In this document: positions 1 to 8,628 of the stretch, piece by piece | Numbering within the stretch: the first letter of the stretch is position 1 | Layout: every line of letters starts with the position of its first letter | Origin: Oscillospiraceae bacterium | GTDB taxonomy: Bacteria > Bacillota > Clostridia > Oscillospirales > Oscillospiraceae | Direction of reading: 5' to 3' | Assembly: GCA_017403885.1 (NCBI GenBank) | Contig: JAFRDM010000066.1 | Location: 21,558-85,557 of the forward strand | DNA length: 64,000 nt | Translations under genes and position numbers: made by a program | Notes under the pieces: model-generated | Seen by the model: the letters and a program-made list of their open reading frames with translations, nothing else | Databases searched by the model: none | What the model was told of the DNA's origin: nothing

Positions 1-111
1 CTGCGGGTCTTCTTTTTCCTCCTGCGCGGGCGCGGCGGCGAGGGCCGCGGGGGAGAACGAGACAAGCAGCAGCGCCGCGAGCAGCTCCGCGAGGATCCGT
101 TTTGTTTTCAT
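1..111 (-). CDS. 5' end of an exported-protein gene that runs off the window (signal peptide only)
   Basis: Reverse-strand ATG at 109-111 overlaps the stop of the upstream MMPL gene (ATGA coupling). Translation is MKTKRILAELLAALLLVSFSPAALAAAPAQEEKEDPQ, i.e. a basic n-region, a hydrophobic core and an AxA-like site. Confidence 0.4.
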   Translation of the reverse strand, partial: MKTKRILAELLAALLLVSFSPAALAAAPAQEEKEDPQ

Positions 112-2414
112 ATCTCTTCCTCCTCTCGAAGGCTCAGACGAAAGCGCGTCTTCTCCACAGCTCCGTCGAGCAGCACCAGCAGCTGCGGCAGAACGCTCAA
201 AACCAGAATGACCGAACAGAAGGCGCCGCGCCCGACGGCGAGTCCGATATGGCTGACGTACACGTCGCTGACACGCAGGCCGATCAGCAGCCCGGCGATC
301 GTCATGATCGAGCCGGAGGTCAGCACCGTGGCGAAGCTCTCGTTCACGGCGAGAGCCATGGCCTCGCGGTTTGCCCGGCTCTTCTTCAGCGCCTGATAGC
401 GGTTCATCAACACGATGGCGTAATCGATCGTCGCGCCCATCTGGATGGCCGAGACGATCATGTTGGTGACAAAGGAGGGGCTGACGTGCTGCAGATAGGG
501 GAAGGAGAAGTTGATCCAGATGCTTCCCTGGATTACGAACACCAGGATCATCGCGCCCACGACCGTGCGGAAGGTGAAGAGAAGGATCGTGAAGACAAAG
601 ACGATCGAAAGGATGCTGATCAGCAGCGAGTCGCCCGTATAGGAGTCGCCGAGGTCGCGCGCGGAGGTGATGTCGCCGACGACCAGCACCTCTCCGGCTG
701 GATAATGCGCTTCGGCAATCGTGCGGATCTGTTCGACGAGGGCGCGGCTGCGCTCACCCTCCACGGGCAGGTCGACGGAGAGGAGCATACGGTTGTAATG
801 CTCGCCGCGCAGCTGCCTCTGGGCAAAGTTGAGCTCCTCGCGCAGCTCGTCCACGCGCGCGCTCTGCTCGTCCGAGAGCGTCACGACCCCGTGGTCGATC
901 AGATCGAAGAGAAAGCCGAAGAGATCAACGAGCGGAACGCGGTAGCTCTCGCGCCCGGCGGAAAAGAGGGCCTGATACTCCTCGTGGCGCAGGCCGTAGG
1001 CCTGGAAGAGCAGCTCGGCTTCTTCCTGGGACAGATTGAGAAGCTCGGCGAACTCGCGCGCGCCGTAGCGGTCGGTCAGCACATGCTCGTCGTCGACCCG
1101 GATGCTCGCAAGACCCATCGCGCCGGTGATCTCGTCGATGTCCCCGAGCTGGCGCAGGATATCCTTTTCGGCCTCGAGGTCCTCATGCGGAACGATCAGC
1201 ACGACGCTTGTGGAGCGGCGGAAGGTCTGCTCAATCTTGCGCATGGCGGCGCGGGACTCGGAATAGACAAGCTCGGTCACCGAGCTGTCGGAAAAGGCGT
1301 AGTCCACGTGACGCGCGCCGTAGAAGGCCAACGGGACGACAAGGATGAACAGCCACACGAAGCAGGCGTGCGAGCGCATCAGAAAGCGGCCCCAGGGCGT
1401 GATGTCGGGGATCAGCGTGCGGTGCGCGCTGCGGCGGATGGCCCGGGGGAAGAACAGGATCAGACCCGGCATCAGTAAAAATACGGTCAGCAGGCTGCAC
1501 ACGATGCTCTTTGAGAGCACGACGCCCAGGTCATAACCGAGGCGGAACTGCATCATCATCAGCGCCACGAGACCGGAGATGGTCGTCAGACTCGAGGAGC
1601 TGATCTCAAGGATCGACTTCGCCAGCGCCTCCTCAAGCGCTTCGCGCGCCGAGGAAAAGTGCGCGCACTCGTCCTGATAGCGGTGCGAGAAGATGATCGC
1701 GTAGTCGATCGCGAGCGCGAGCTGCATGATCACGGCGATGGTGTGCGTGATCATCGAGATCTCGCCGAGCCAGAAGTTCGTGCCCATGTTCAGCAGCGCC
1801 GCGAAAACGAAAACGATGAAGAAGATCACGACCTCGAAATAGCTGCGGGAGGTGAAGAGCAGGATCACCGCGATGACCGCCGCGGCGATCGCGATGACGC
1901 TCACCATTTCGCCCGCGAGCTGCTGGGAATAGTGCTTGAGGTCCATCGAATAGGTATAACTGTCGTAGGGGGCGAGCAGAGCCCGGATCTTCTCACGCGC
2001 CGCGGCGACGCCCGGGTCCTCGTCCGGCGCGTCGAAGGCGATCGTAAAGAGCGCCGCGGAGCTGGTGTAGTGCGCCTCGGTGGAATCAAAGCTCACGGAA
2101 AACACATGCTCATAGCCGCGGATCTCCTCGGCCAGCGCCTCCGCCCGCTCAAAGGTGAGGTTCGCGACCATCACGTCCTCGGAGGCGCATGTGACGAAAT
2201 CCTCCTCCATGATCGTGATGCCGCGGCGCGTTTCGGTGTCTGCGGCGAGGAAGAAGGTCAGGTCGGAATTGACCTTCACGCGGGAGAGCGAAAGGCCGCA
2301 GTACACCGCCGCAACCAGAAACAGCAGCATGAAAAGCCCCCGCCATCTGACGATGGCAGCGGCTATCATATGCATGGCATCTTTTTTGACGTTCGTTTCC
2401 ACGGAGCAGGACAC
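108..2414 (-). CDS. MMPL/RND-superfamily membrane transporter (efflux-type)
   Basis: 768-aa ORF with two blocks of hydrophobic helices separated by large soluble loops, typical of MMPL/RND exporters. A TetR gene lies divergently upstream. Start is uncertain (GTG 2414, ATG 2375 or ATG 2369). Confidence 0.8.
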   Translation of the reverse strand: MSCSVETNVKKDAMHMIAAAIVRWRGLFMLLFLVAAVYCGLSLSRVKVNSDLTFFLAADTETRRGITIMEEDFVTCASEDVMVANLTFERAEALAEEIRGYEHVFSVSFDSTEAHYTSSAALFTIAFDAPDEDPGVAAAREKIRALLAPYDSYTYSMDLKHYSQQLAGEMVSVIAIAAAVIAVILLFTSRSYFEVVIFFIVFVFAALLNMGTNFWLGEISMITHTIAVIMQLALAIDYAIIFSHRYQDECAHFSSAREALEEALAKSILEISSSSLTTISGLVALMMMQFRLGYDLGVVLSKSIVCSLLTVFLLMPGLILFFPRAIRRSAHRTLIPDITPWGRFLMRSHACFVWLFILVVPLAFYGARHVDYAFSDSSVTELVYSESRAAMRKIEQTFRRSTSVVLIVPHEDLEAEKDILRQLGDIDEITGAMGLASIRVDDEHVLTDRYGAREFAELLNLSQEEAELLFQAYGLRHEEYQALFSAGRESYRVPLVDLFGFLFDLIDHGVVTLSDEQSARVDELREELNFAQRQLRGEHYNRMLLSVDLPVEGERSRALVEQIRTIAEAHYPAGEVLVVGDITSARDLGDSYTGDSLLISILSIVFVFTILLFTFRTVVGAMILVFVIQGSIWINFSFPYLQHVSPSFVTNMIVSAIQMGATIDYAIVLMNRYQALKKSRANREAMALAVNESFATVLTSGSIMTIAGLLIGLRVSDVYVSHIGLAVGRGAFCSVILVLSVLPQLLVLLDGAVEKTRFRLSLREEEEI

Positions 2415-2532
2415 TTCCTTGACAAGTGTTGAAATTTCGTTTATAGTCCAATTATAGTAAGCCGCGCGGGACTGTCAATCGTTAATCTGCGCGAAAGTGA
2501 CGAACAATCAACAAATTGGAAAAATCTGTTGA

Positions 2533-3153
2533 ATGAGAGAAGGGAAAAACGTGAACAAATCCGGGACGGACAACCGCAGCGTGCGAAACACCAAACGCCG
2601 TCTGCGTGAAGGGCTGCTGCGTCTGCTGGAGGAAAAGCCGATCAACGAGATCTCCGTCAAGGAGCTCAGCGAACAGGTGGATGTCAACCGCGGCACCTTC
2701 TACTTTCACTATCAGGACATCTATGACCTGCTGCGCGATATGGAGCAGGAATTTTTCGAGCAGTTTGACCGTACGCTCGGCGAAAACACTCCCGCGCTCG
2801 ACGGCGAGGGTCCGCCGGCCTTTGACAGGGAGGGCTCGCCCTATTTGCTGGAGATCTTTTCGTTTATTGAGGCCAACCGCGATTTCTGCCGGATCATGCT
2901 CTCCCCGCACGGAGATATGAAATTTGTCGAGTTGGTCAAGCGCAGGATCGACGAGCAATGCCGGTTTTTCTGGCGGATCCTTGCCCCCGGCGCGGACGAA
3001 AAGCGCCGCGGGATGTACAACGCCTTTCTCATCAACGGCCTCATCGGGCTGATCCAGGAGTGGGTCAACGAACGGCGCGATCTGAGCGTCGAGAGCATCA
3101 GTGAACTGACGGCCACGCTGATTTTGGCCAGCGTGGGTCCATGTATTGCATAG
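2533..3153 (+). CDS. TetR/AcrR-family transcriptional regulator
   Basis: N-terminal HTH ISVKELSEQVDVNRGTFYFHYQDIYDL. Divergent from the MMPL transporter. An alternative GTG start at 2551 has a better-spaced GAAGGGA RBS. Confidence 0.85.
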   Translation: MREGKNVNKSGTDNRSVRNTKRRLREGLLRLLEEKPINEISVKELSEQVDVNRGTFYFHYQDIYDLLRDMEQEFFEQFDRTLGENTPALDGEGPPAFDREGSPYLLEIFSFIEANRDFCRIMLSPHGDMKFVELVKRRIDEQCRFFWRILAPGADEKRRGMYNAFLINGLIGLIQEWVNERRDLSVESISELTATLILASVGPCIA

Positions 3154-3166
3154 GAGGATCATCGAT

Positions 3167-4198
3167 ATGGCAAAAAAGACTTGCCCGGCCTGCGGCGCGC
3201 CCGTCAGCCCGGGAGAGGACTTCTGCTCCTTCTGCGGGGCGCTCATCCCCCGCAACGAGGCGGCGCCTCAGACGGCCCAGAGCGCGGCGGCGCAGGCCGT
3301 CCAGGGCCAGAGCGCACAGGAGACGGAGGCGAAACGCCCCGTGCGGCGCGTGCAGACCCCGAAGACCATCGACGAGCTGCTTGCTTTCTGCGAACGGCAC
3401 GAGCTGCCGCTGTCGAAGATGCGTTTTTTCATCGGGCTGGACTACCCCGGCGCGAAGGCCTTCGGCATCTACCAGGACAAAAACGGAGACTTCGTGGTCT
3501 ATAAGAACAAGGCCGACGGCAGCCGCGCCGTGCGATACCGCGGCCCCGACGAGGCCTATGCCGTCAACGAGATCTTCCAGAAGCTCAAGGACGAGGCCAC
3601 GGGGCAGCGCGCGCGCGTCGCCTCGGCCAGGAAGCCCGGCTATGCGGCGAGCACGGCGCACGACAACAACCCTTACAACTTCGCGGACGGCACGAAAAGC
3701 GCCCGCCGCGCCGGCAGGCGGAAGGCGAACAAGCTGCTGATCTGCCTGATCGCCGCGGCCGCGGCGATCACGATCGGCCGCACCGCCGCCGCCATCCACC
3801 AGAACGCGCCGGCCCATCCCTCCACGGGATACTATCATTACAACGACCAGTATTATTACAACCAGAACGACGACTGGTATCTCTACAACAACGACATCGA
3901 CGCCTGGTATCCGATCTACACGGTCGACGACGAGCTGACGGGCAACTACGGCGACTACTATACCTCCTACTCCTACGACGACGGCTACGGTGTGGAGAGC
4001 TTTTCCGACAGCAGCTATTACGACAGCGACGTCGGCTCGTCGAGCTACTCAAACGACTGGGACAGCGGCGGCGACAGCGGAAGCTCCTGGAGCTGGGACT
4101 GGGATTGGGACGACGATGACGACTGGGACAGCAACGACGACTGGGACTGGGACAACGACTGGGACAGCGGCTGGACCGACTGGGACGACGACTGGTAA
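3167..4198 (+). CDS. Zinc-ribbon membrane protein with Tyr/Asp-rich region and Trp/Asp-repeat C-terminal tail
   Basis: Starts MAKKTCPACGAPVSPGEDFCSFCGALIP (CxxC...CxxC). One hydrophobic helix LLICLIAAAAAITIGRTAAAI. C-terminal low-complexity Y/D/N stretch followed by a W/D tract. Terminator immediately downstream. Confidence 0.7.
   Translation: MAKKTCPACGAPVSPGEDFCSFCGALIPRNEAAPQTAQSAAAQAVQGQSAQETEAKRPVRRVQTPKTIDELLAFCERHELPLSKMRFFIGLDYPGAKAFGIYQDKNGDFVVYKNKADGSRAVRYRGPDEAYAVNEIFQKLKDEATGQRARVASARKPGYAASTAHDNNPYNFADGTKSARRAGRRKANKLLICLIAAAAAITIGRTAAAIHQNAPAHPSTGYYHYNDQYYYNQNDDWYLYNNDIDAWYPIYTVDDELTGNYGDYYTSYSYDDGYGVESFSDSSYYDSDVGSSSYSNDWDSGGDSGSSWSWDWDWDDDDDWDSNDDWDWDNDWDSGWTDWDDDW
4055..4195 (+). 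repeat. Coding low-complexity tract: 47-aa Trp/Asp repeat built from reiterated gactgggac units
   Basis: Peptide DWDSGGDSGSSWSWDWDWDDDDDWDSNDDWDWDNDWDSGWTDWDDDW. The gactgggac motif recurs in the DNA. Confidence 0.8.
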
Positions 4199-4208
4199 AA
4201 AATAAAAA

Positions 4209-4244
4209 ATGCACCCGGAAGGACACTCTTCCGGGTGCATTTTG
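4209..4244. terminator. Bidirectional rho-independent terminator between convergent genes
   Basis: 12-bp stem tgcacccggaag/cttccgggtgca with 6-nt loop, preceded by an A-run and followed by ttttgtg. Confidence 0.75.
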
Positions 4245-4252
4245 TGTGCGTG

Positions 4253-7200
4253 TTACGGCTCGGCGGTCGGCGGCACGGCCTCGGCGCGGGCCGGATTGCC
4301 GGGCCAGAGCGGCGCTTGAAAAGACAGGCAGGCCACGCGGAGATTCTCCGGGTCCGCAGGATCTCCGACGGGAAAGAGGGCGATCAGATGATCGCAGAAG
4401 GTGTCCCCGTAGATACACTCGCCGAACTCGTCGAGCGACGCGGCGGCGACGCGCCGACGGAAATCTTCGATCCCGTTCTCTGTATAAAAGCCCTCGTCCT
4501 GCATGGAGTTGACAAACTCGGTCTCTGTCCAGAGATGGAAGCTGTTCTCGCCGGAATAGACGGCCAGCGGGTAGTACATCTTTTTTGACAGAGCCTCCCA
4601 GTCGCCGTCCGCGATCAGGCGCCGGATCTCTTCGGCGAAGAGCATCACCGGGCTGCCCGGATCATACGAATGGGCAGGGTCGTAAAAGTTCGGGTTTTCC
4701 AGCTCTGCGATCGACGCGGGAGTTGCCAGATCCACCTCTGCCTTCCACGCTGCCAGAGCAGACTCTGCCGCGAGGCCGGACGCCGGATCGACGGGCGTCT
4801 GGTTTTCGTCGATATCGAACTGCATACCGATGAGCGCCTCGCCGTTCCAGCTCACATCGCGGCAGTCGCTGAAATAGAGCGCGGGGGAGGGCACGTCCGT
4901 CACGACGCAGCCGGAGAAGGCGATCCCATCTGTGCCGCTGAAGCTGCCCGCTCCCTGCGAGCACTCGTAGATCCTGGTCGATTCGATCCGCAGGTCCTGA
5001 CAGTTCCGCGTCTGCAGGCCGAGGATGCCGCAGCCGAAGAGACGGCAGCGCTCGATCAGCACGCCGCCGCAGTTCTCAAACAGCAGCACGCCGCCGGAGC
5101 AGGAGCCGGGCTCCTTCGTGTGGCCCGCGGTGAAGCCGGAGAGCGTGATGTCCTCACAGTCGACGAAGCTCAGCACGTCGGCGTAGCGCGGCACGGCGGA
5201 AATCGTCGTTTCGCGGGGAGAATCCGCCTCGGTCCTGATCGTCAGGCCCTTCACGCCCTTGACGACCAGCGCGGGCCCGTCGAAGTTCTCTCTCCAGTAG
5301 TAGTACTCCCCGCCCTTCGAGCCGTAGTTGGCAGCCTCCGAGAGGTCAAAGAGCTCGGCCTTAAGCACGATCGTGCGCTCCGGGCCGATTGCCTTGAGGA
5401 ACTCGTCCACGGTCGAGACCGGGATCTCCTCGCCGGAGGGGACCGCAGCGGCCTGCTCCGCCCGGACGGGCGGGAAAACGCTGTTGGGATCGATCTCTTC
5501 GAGCGTCATCGCCTCAAGCGCGGCGGCGGAAAGCGAGTCGCCGTTTCGATCAACGACGTCAAACTCACGGCTCTGTATCCAGAGCGGTTTTTTCCCGCCG
5601 TCACCGCCGCTGTTGTCGCGGAAGGCGCAGCCGTCCACCACGCCGGGATACCGATCGAAGGAAAACACGGCGGATTCAAAGCGGTTGTCGTGCACCTCGT
5701 TCGTCAGGAAAAAGGCGTTCTGCGTAAAGACGCAGTTCAGCAGATACTGCGCGGCGTTTCCGTACACGCTGTTGCCGCAAACGACAAAGCCGTCGGTGTT
5801 GGCCGCGGAAAAGAGCGCGACCGCGGAGCCCTGTCCCTCCCGCACGCCGTGACGATAGACCTCGTTTCCCGACACGCGCACGTTGCGGCAGCGCGTGACG
5901 TTGACGGCAAAGTTGCTGCACTCGTAGACATGGCAGTCCGCCACGCTCAAATCGCTGCAGTCGGCGGCGGACACGCCTGTCGTGCCGCAGCCGTAAAGTC
6001 CGCAGTACAGCACGGAGATCTCACTGCAGTCGACAAGCTTGATCACGCCGCCGGAGCAGAAGCCGGGCTCTGTTGTGTGGCCCGCGGTAAGCTCTGAGAG
6101 GGTAAGACCGTCGCAGCGGTAAAAATGCAGGACATTGGCGTATCTCGGCTCGGCAGAGATCGTCGTCTTGTCCGTGCCCGCGCCGAAGATACTGAGATTG
6201 TCGGCGTTGTGGATCACCAGCTCATAGCCGGGATGATCCTTTGCGTTATCCACCTGCGTCCACGAGTAATAGGGGCTGGGATCCTCCTGCGCGCCGTATG
6301 TCGAGGCGGCGGAGAGATCATAGACGCCCTCTTCCAGAAGAATGAGTGTGTTCGGCGCGATAGCCGCGAGAAATTCGTCGACGCTGCTCACGCTTACGGC
6401 GTCGGCGCCCTCGGGAAGGGAGGCCCCCTTCGTCCTTTCTGCCGCGGGGCCTGCCGCCAGACCGCAGCCGGCGAGCAGCGCGAGCGTCAGCACGGCGGCG
6501 ATCACGCGCGCCGCGCTTTTCTTATAGGTCATGATCTGCTCCAATCTTTCTTTCAGGTTTTTCTTCTCGGTCGAGAAGGTCGTGGCGACGACGCCGGCCG
6601 GGAGCGCACCGGCGGCCGCCGTATTCAGAAGCGTGTTTCCGTAAGACTGCTTTTCGAAGCGTGACATGCCGCGCAGCAGCATCTCGTCGCAGCTCAGCTC
6701 GCAGGCGCGGCCGATCTCGCGGCGGATGAGCCAGCTCAGCGGATTGAACCAGTGCGCGCTGAGAATGAAGGCCGCCAGCCACTTGTACATGGGGTCGCGC
6801 CTGCGGTAATGCATAAGCTCATGGCGCAGGATGTTGCCGAGCTGTTCTTCGTCGTACTCCCGCTCCGGCAGTACGATCTTCGCGGAAAAGACGCCGTACA
6901 TCAGAGGCGTTTTGACCGCGCGGCTGCACCAAAGCGCGGGTTTTCCGCCCGGAAGCGAGGCGTAGACCGTTCGGGTGAAGTGGTCGGCTCTCCGAAGCGT
7001 CTGCCGCAGCCGCCGCGTGAAGCTCAGATAGGCGCACACGGTAATGGAGAGACTGAATACCGCGCCGAGCGCCCATACGGCCAGCCACAGGGCGGGAGAA
7101 CGCCAGTTGAAGCTGCGCGGCGCCGTTTGCGCGTCCTGAGCGGCGACGACAGGCGCGGCCTCCGTCCGCGCAGCCGTCGGCTCGGCCGGGACTGCGTATC

Positions 7201-7477
7201 CGGGCGTGACGGCGTTTTCGGGCAGAGGAAAAATGATCGGATCAGCTTCTTCCTCGACGGGTGCGGCGCCGTAGACCGGGGCGGCGGCCGGGGATTCGGC
7301 CTGACGCAGCTCCGCCGGCATCAGACCGGGGAGCGGCAGCGCGAAGCGCAGCAGCACCAGCAGCCAGGCATAGTAATACACCGTGCTCGGCATCTTCCGG
7401 AAGATGAAATAACGCAGAGCCAGCAGCAGAAGAGCAAGCGCGCTGCCGCCGAGCGTCATGAAAAGCAGCATCTTCAT
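4253..7477 (-). CDS. BlaR1/MecR1-like M56 peptidase signal transducer with non-canonical duplicated beta-helix sensor region
   Basis: N-terminal multi-TM M56 domain with HELMH zinc motif (aa 219-223, nt 6809-6823). After a further TM come two homologous modules of roughly 190 aa (aa 362-560 and 686-870), rich in C/G/N beta-helix-like repeats. Immediately downstream of a BlaI-type repressor. Confidence 0.85.
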   Translation of the reverse strand: MKMLLFMTLGGSALALLLLALRYFIFRKMPSTVYYYAWLLVLLRFALPLPGLMPAELRQAESPAAAPVYGAAPVEEEADPIIFPLPENAVTPGYAVPAEPTAARTEAAPVVAAQDAQTAPRSFNWRSPALWLAVWALGAVFSLSITVCAYLSFTRRLRQTLRRADHFTRTVYASLPGGKPALWCSRAVKTPLMYGVFSAKIVLPEREYDEEQLGNILRHELMHYRRRDPMYKWLAAFILSAHWFNPLSWLIRREIGRACELSCDEMLLRGMSRFEKQSYGNTLLNTAAAGALPAGVVATTFSTEKKNLKERLEQIMTYKKSAARVIAAVLTLALLAGCGLAAGPAAERTKGASLPEGADAVSVSSVDEFLAAIAPNTLILLEEGVYDLSAASTYGAQEDPSPYYSWTQVDNAKDHPGYELVIHNADNLSIFGAGTDKTTISAEPRYANVLHFYRCDGLTLSELTAGHTTEPGFCSGGVIKLVDCSEISVLYCGLYGCGTTGVSAADCSDLSVADCHVYECSNFAVNVTRCRNVRVSGNEVYRHGVREGQGSAVALFSAANTDGFVVCGNSVYGNAAQYLLNCVFTQNAFFLTNEVHDNRFESAVFSFDRYPGVVDGCAFRDNSGGDGGKKPLWIQSREFDVVDRNGDSLSAAALEAMTLEEIDPNSVFPPVRAEQAAAVPSGEEIPVSTVDEFLKAIGPERTIVLKAELFDLSEAANYGSKGGEYYYWRENFDGPALVVKGVKGLTIRTEADSPRETTISAVPRYADVLSFVDCEDITLSGFTAGHTKEPGSCSGGVLLFENCGGVLIERCRLFGCGILGLQTRNCQDLRIESTRIYECSQGAGSFSGTDGIAFSGCVVTDVPSPALYFSDCRDVSWNGEALIGMQFDIDENQTPVDPASGLAAESALAAWKAEVDLATPASIAELENPNFYDPAHSYDPGSPVMLFAEEIRRLIADGDWEALSKKMYYPLAVYSGENSFHLWTETEFVNSMQDEGFYTENGIEDFRRRVAAASLDEFGECIYGDTFCDHLIALFPVGDPADPENLRVACLSFQAPLWPGNPARAEAVPPTAEP

Positions 7478-7483
7478 GCCCCT

Positions 7484-7861
7484 TTATTCCTCCACGCGGA
7501 ACATATTTCGCAGTTCCTCGATATCGTCCCGGCTCAGTCCTTCCGACTGGACGAGAGCAGCGACGAGATCGCGGGCGCTGCCGTGATACAGCTTGCGGAT
7601 GAGGTTGTCCGTTGCCCAGGCGTTGTACTCCTCCTCGCTGATCAGCGGGGAATAGTAAAAGACGTTCCGCTTTTCCTGCCGGATCGCGCCCTTCGCAGCA
7701 AGGCGACCGATCAGCGTCTTGACCGTGGTGGGCTCCCAGCCGCGGTCTTTCTGCAGGGTCTCGCGGATCACGTTGACAGGCAGAGCGTCCCCCGCCCGCC
7801 ACAGCACTTTCATGACCTCCAGTTCGGAATCGGAGATCTTGTCGGCTAAAAACTGAGACAT
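7484..7861 (-). CDS. BlaI/MecI/CopY-family transcriptional repressor
   Basis: 125 aa with winged helix SELEVMKVLW...TTVKTLIGRLAAKGAI. Sits 6 nt upstream of the M56 gene, the classic two-gene arrangement. Confidence 0.9.
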   Translation of the reverse strand: MSQFLADKISDSELEVMKVLWRAGDALPVNVIRETLQKDRGWEPTTVKTLIGRLAAKGAIRQEKRNVFYYSPLISEEEYNAWATDNLIRKLYHGSARDLVAALVQSEGLSRDDIEELRNMFRVEE

Positions 7862-7884
7862 GGCTCTTTCCTCCTCGGAGAGAT

Positions 7885-7934
7885 TACACGTGTAGTCTAG
7901 ACAACTGCATCATACCGCAGCAGACTACAATTGT
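7885..7934. promoter_or_regulatory. Candidate BlaI-type operator region
   Basis: Palindromes TACACGTGTA (7885-7894) and ACAATTGT (7927-7934), plus GTAGTC (7892-7897) / GACTAC (7923-7928) inverted repeat. All lie just upstream of the repressor gene, and BlaI/MecI operators contain TACA/TGTA dyads. Confidence 0.45.
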
Positions 7935-8025
7935 CAACTAGCTGAATTCTTAAGATTTGGGAATTCTTCCCTCCGGCCGCCCGGACAAAAAAGGCCCGGG
8001 CACAGCCCGGGCGTCTGTCTGTTTT

Positions 8026-8502
8026 TTATCCGTTCTTTTTTCGTGCCTTGGCGGTAAATTCCTCCGCATCGATCCGAATTACCGTCACGGCGGCGGCCAT
8101 CTGCGGCGTAAAGGAATAGGCCTCGCCGGTCTGCGTCTGCATCAGCAGCGACAGCGCGCGGCATTTTTCCTCCCCGTCCTCGACGATCGAGGCCCTGCCG
8201 CGGCCCATCACGCTTGAATAGCACGCGCCCCATGCGCAGGCGGTCTCGCCGGGGAGCAGCGCCTCGTCCGTGTCGATCTCGACGAAGACGCGGCCGTCGC
8301 GGCGAAGAAGATCCAGCTTGTGCCCCTCTTTGGCGCAGTGGGTGTAGAGCGTCAGCTTCCCCTCCTCGAGGAAAAAGCCGTAGTGCATCGGCACGACGTA
8401 AGGATACTCCCCGTCGAGCATGCCGAGGTGCAGCACGCGCGCCCGCGCAAGGATGGAGCGGATCGCGCTCTCGTCGGCGATCTCGCGGTCTTTTCTTCTC
8501 AT
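8026..8502 (-). CDS. Pyridoxamine 5'-phosphate oxidase-family protein (Nim-like nitroimidazole reductase family)
   Basis: Starts MRRKDREIADESAIRSILARARVLHLGMLDGEYPYVVPMHYGF... A GAGGTGAGGG RBS precedes the ATG at 8502; the longer ORF-track start at 8550 lacks an RBS. Confidence 0.75.
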   Translation of the reverse strand: MRRKDREIADESAIRSILARARVLHLGMLDGEYPYVVPMHYGFFLEEGKLTLYTHCAKEGHKLDLLRRDGRVFVEIDTDEALLPGETACAWGACYSSVMGRGRASIVEDGEEKCRALSLLMQTQTGEAYSFTPQMAAAVTVIRIDAEEFTAKARKKNG

Positions 8503-8628
8503 ATCCCTCACCTCTTTGCTTATCATAAAACCCGGCGCGGCAAAATGCAAGGGCGGCGCCCTTCATCTTGCGCTCGTGATAGGAAAATGGTATAATCAAT
8601 TTGATAAAGACAAGGAGGTCGTACGACA

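Noticed and set aside
102-2432. Long plus-strand ORFs (102-1478, 458 aa; 1659-2432, 257 aa) opposite the MMPL transporter gene
   Set aside because: They are Arg/Gly/Asp/His-rich low-complexity translations typical of antisense frames in GC-rich DNA. The minus-strand product has clear transporter features.
4055-4195. Tandem gactgggac repeats considered as a possible CRISPR or VNTR-type non-coding repeat
   Set aside because: The repeats lie entirely within a reading frame and encode the W/D tail. There is no spacer/repeat periodicity of CRISPR type.
3098-4418. Minus-strand ORFs 3098-3838 and 3768-4418 and several plus-strand Arg/Pro-rich ORFs overlapping the zinc-ribbon gene
   Set aside because: They have extreme Arg/Pro/Ser composition and no RBS. 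They overlap a frame with a proper RBS, zinc ribbon, TM helix and terminator.
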